64,000 nucleotides of DNA. It comes from an uncultured bacterium. Its GTDB lineage: Bacteria > Bacillota_I > Bacilli_A > RFN20 > CAG-826. Below are positions 61,134 through 64,000 of this stretch, piece after piece (the stretch's first letter is position 1; every line of letters starts with the position of its first letter). The DNA lies in contig CASFCL010000003.1 in the NCBI GenBank assembly GCA_949293255.1, positions 10,042-74,041 of the forward strand, given 5' to 3'. The translations under genes were made by a program, and so were the position numbers. The notes beneath the pieces were generated by a model, which searched no databases, had not been told where the DNA came from, and saw only the letters and a list, made by a program, of their open reading frames with translations.

Positions 61134-63458
61134 ATGAAGAAAAAATTTAATTTTTTAGCGGTAGCTGCTATTTTAGCTTTAGGCGGAAGTGTTTTTGGTT
61201 TAGCTAGTTGTGAAGGAACACCAGAAATTCCTACACCAGTTGAACCAGATACTTATAGCGTTACATTAAATGCAGGAAGCGGAAGTACAATTGCATTATC
61301 AGGGAGTGAAACCGAATTCGAAGCCGGGGATGAAGTTAGATTTACAGTTTCTTTAGAAGATAGTACAACCAAAGAATTAACAGCTGTTAATTTTGGTGAT
61401 ACTGGCTTAGCAGTCAGTGCAACTGGAAGTTATGTTGCAATTATGCCAGCAAAAGATGTTGTAATTTCTACTACTGTTGGAGATATCGACTTTGGTACAT
61501 TTGCTATAACTTTAGAAGCAGATACTGGTACAACAATTGAAATTTTATCAGCAGAAGCCGAAGGAGGAGACTATCTTCCAGGAAGCGAAATTTCATTTAA
61601 AGTTGCTGTCGAAAATGAATTACTTACCCAATTAGATGGAGTTACAGTTGATGAAAAAGCAGTCGAATTAGTCGATGGAGTCGGAAGTTTTGTAATGCCT
61701 TCAAAAGATGTAGTCATCAAAACTGAAGCAACAACATTAGGTGATGGATCTATATTAAACGTTGCTGATGTTGATGAAACTGCATTAGCAGCAATTGCTG
61801 ATCTTGAAGGAGTTAAATCATTACTTTCAACATCAGCAACATTAGAAAAAACTCATGTTAATGGTGGAACTAGAGCTTTTGATACTTCATATAGATATGA
61901 TGATGTCTTTAGTTATGAATATGAAGTTGGTAGCAACGGAGTGTTAAATGTTGAAGGAAGAACAGCTTCTTCAGCATCAAGTTCATCAGATAAATACGAT
62001 AGAACCACCTATGCACTTTTAGGCGAAGACAAATATTATAGAATTAATAATAATGGGGGAAGTGTCAGTGCAAATCTTTATGATATTGTTGATGATGAAG
62101 CTGAAAGTGTCTCAACATATGGAGAAATTAGAAAATCTGTCGCTGAAGGAAATGTTAGCGGATTAGATATTTCAACAACAGTTTCTGGTTTATTAAATTA
62201 TTCACTTGCTATTGATAACAAAGCAATGAGTGAAGATAAAAAACAATTTACTATCGAATTAAGTGCTGTTTCATCAAGCTATTACACAGTTTATTTTTAT
62301 GAAGCAACTTTAACTTTTGATAGTGATTCACTTTTAAGAGAAGCTTCAATTAAAGAAGCATCATATGATTCCGATGATTATAGTGATGAAAACGGATTAG
62401 CTGAAGGTGCAGTTGCAAATAATAACGAAGAATATCACTACACTTTAAATAGAGGATATAGAAGAGCAATTACACCAGTTTGTAATATTGAAGACTATGT
62501 TTTTGACAGTTACAAAGTTAATACAACTGGCTACTTTAGTGAAAGCTATACATATTTATATGATGAAGGCGGAGAAGTAAGTAACGGTTCAACTTTATCA
62601 TTTACATTTAGATCAGATGATAAAAAAGATGCTGTTTTATTACCAAGAATTGTTGGTTATACCGGAGAAGAAGGAATTGTTACAATCGGTGCCCTTTCTT
62701 CATCAGGAACTCAAAGTGTTACAGTTAATAAAGAAGGTGCATTCACTTTAACATTTGATAATGGTTTAGGTGTTCAAAAAACTCTTGAATATACTTCTAC
62801 AAAACCAAAACCAACATACATCCATGCATCATTATCATCTTCTAGCATTTTTGTTGGAAGCTCAGCAACCTTAACTGTTTCAGTTACTCCAGAACAAGCT
62901 GATCAAAGTGTTGTCGTAACATTAGATGAAAGCTCAACATGTACAGCAACCATCACAAAAAACGATGATGGAACATATGATATTCAAGGTGATGCCGCTG
63001 GTTTAGGTGTCTTAAATATTTCTTCAGCAGTTGATTCATCAATTTCAACAAAAGTTTCATTCGAAGTTGCTGAACCACCAGTATATGAAAATGTTTATGA
63101 ATTAATGACAACTTACACCTTAACAGGTACAACCGTAAGTTCAGGAAATTACTATGAATTATGTATTAATTTCAATGATGATGGAACTGGTGAATACTTA
63201 TTAAATGAATATTACTATGGCTCATGGGACGGTGGTTCTGTTGTTACATTTAATTGGACAATCGATCAAGAAACATTCGCAGTTACATTAAGTAATGTAA
63301 GTGGTAATTCTGTTTATGGAACAACTGTTAGCGGAATCGCCGCAATAAGTTCAACTTCATTTAGCTTTACTGCTTCATATTATGGCTCAGGCAGTTCAGG
63401 AACCTTAACTTCTTATGGTTCAAGAGTTGATGATCTTTCAACACTTGCAAGAGTTTAA
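61134..63458 (+). CDS. Surface lipoprotein with repeated beta-sandwich and Ig-like domains
   Basis: Lipobox LASC; two MP(A/S)KDVVI repeats; LTVSVTPEQAD Big_2-like segment. Confidence 0.7.
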   Translation: MKKKFNFLAVAAILALGGSVFGLASCEGTPEIPTPVEPDTYSVTLNAGSGSTIALSGSETEFEAGDEVRFTVSLEDSTTKELTAVNFGDTGLAVSATGSYVAIMPAKDVVISTTVGDIDFGTFAITLEADTGTTIEILSAEAEGGDYLPGSEISFKVAVENELLTQLDGVTVDEKAVELVDGVGSFVMPSKDVVIKTEATTLGDGSILNVADVDETALAAIADLEGVKSLLSTSATLEKTHVNGGTRAFDTSYRYDDVFSYEYEVGSNGVLNVEGRTASSASSSSDKYDRTTYALLGEDKYYRINNNGGSVSANLYDIVDDEAESVSTYGEIRKSVAEGNVSGLDISTTVSGLLNYSLAIDNKAMSEDKKQFTIELSAVSSSYYTVYFYEATLTFDSDSLLREASIKEASYDSDDYSDENGLAEGAVANNNEEYHYTLNRGYRRAITPVCNIEDYVFDSYKVNTTGYFSESYTYLYDEGGEVSNGSTLSFTFRSDDKKDAVLLPRIVGYTGEEGIVTIGALSSSGTQSVTVNKEGAFTLTFDNGLGVQKTLEYTSTKPKPTYIHASLSSSSIFVGSSATLTVSVTPEQADQSVVVTLDESSTCTATITKNDDGTYDIQGDAAGLGVLNISSAVDSSISTKVSFEVAEPPVYENVYELMTTYTLTGTTVSSGNYYELCINFNDDGTGEYLLNEYYYGSWDGGSVVTFNWTIDQETFAVTLSNVSGNSVYGTTVSGIAAISSTSFSFTASYYGSGSSGTLTSYGSRVDDLSTLARV

Positions 63459-63481
63459 TTAGTAAAAATTTATAGAGATAG

Positions 63482-63521
63482 CATAAGTCTCCACGAGTTT
63501 GTGAAGACTTATGTCTATTTT
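63482..63521 (+). terminator. Terminator-like hairpin
   Basis: cataagtct/agacttatg stem. Confidence 0.55.
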
Positions 63522-63533
63522 AAAAAGGGACAT

Positions 63534-64000
63534 ATGAAAAAAAGATTATTATTTTTGTTAACTTTAGGATTTTTAATTAGTGGATGTGGAGTTAATGAAC
63601 CTCCAATAGGAGAAGATCCTAATCCAAATATTGGTGAAGAAGAAAATCCAGATGATGATGGTGGAGAAATAAAAGAGGAAGAAGGACAAGAAGAAGAGAA
63701 TAATCCCGATATAACTCCATTTTCAAAAATTAGTGAATTAATTAGCTATGTAAATAACGATTTAGTTGAATCTCGAGAAGGGATTTCTTTTGTTAAGCAA
63801 ACGTATACTTACGGATATTCTTCTTTATATTCTTTTAATATAGAAACAACTAATTTAGATATTAATTCATATTCAAATGACATAACAATTATCGAAGGAG
63901 AAACTTCAACTTTTAAAGATTATCCTGAAGATGATTACTTTGAAGATGAAACAACAAGTGATTCATTTATAAGTGTAACTTCAATTATTGATAATAGTTT
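63534..64000 (+). CDS. Lipoprotein, 3' partial
   Basis: MKKRLLFLLTLGFLISGC lipobox; acidic linker; frame open to the window end. Confidence 0.7.
   Translation, partial: MKKRLLFLLTLGFLISGCGVNEPPIGEDPNPNIGEEENPDDDGGEIKEEEGQEEENNPDITPFSKISELISYVNNDLVESREGISFVKQTYTYGYSSLYSFNIETTNLDINSYSNDITIIEGETSTFKDYPEDDYFEDETTSDSFISVTSIIDNS

Noticed and set aside
1-64000. CRISPR array, tRNA or rRNA genes
   Set aside because: No regularly spaced repeat-spacer array, cas genes or stable-RNA signatures seen by eye

Overview
This is a low-GC chromosome segment read in genetic code 11. Gene content suggests Bacilli, possibly an uncultured Erysipelotrichales/RF39-like lineage (inference). Housekeeping blocks (yhaM-hit, sufCDSUB, mnmG-rsmG-parAB, FMN riboswitch-ribU, cmk-der-gpsA-hup, cca-dnaD-nth, recU) surround a ~6-21.6 kb accessory island. 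The most notable feature is at 8.55-19.2 kb: three paralogous two-gene cassettes, each a small signal-peptide protein plus a large Ser/Thr/Asn-rich exported protein, arranged +, -, + around a serine recombinase. Each cassette is preceded by a 26-bp hix-like site (GTATACA-TT-TATRTAC core) oriented with the cassette, with a second palindrome ~60 bp further out. One strong sigma70-type promoter lies in the recombinase-bearing segment. This layout fits a three-way DNA-inversion (shufflon-like) switch for a surface fibre/adhesin; that interpretation is inferred and untested. Other items of note: a thrice-repeated bipartite promoter-like motif (GGTAA-N17-MATCTTGTTAGTA plus RBS), an MFS-GH2 fusion, a giant PrsA-like lipoprotein pair, and several pseudogenes, one a chimeric deletion junction.
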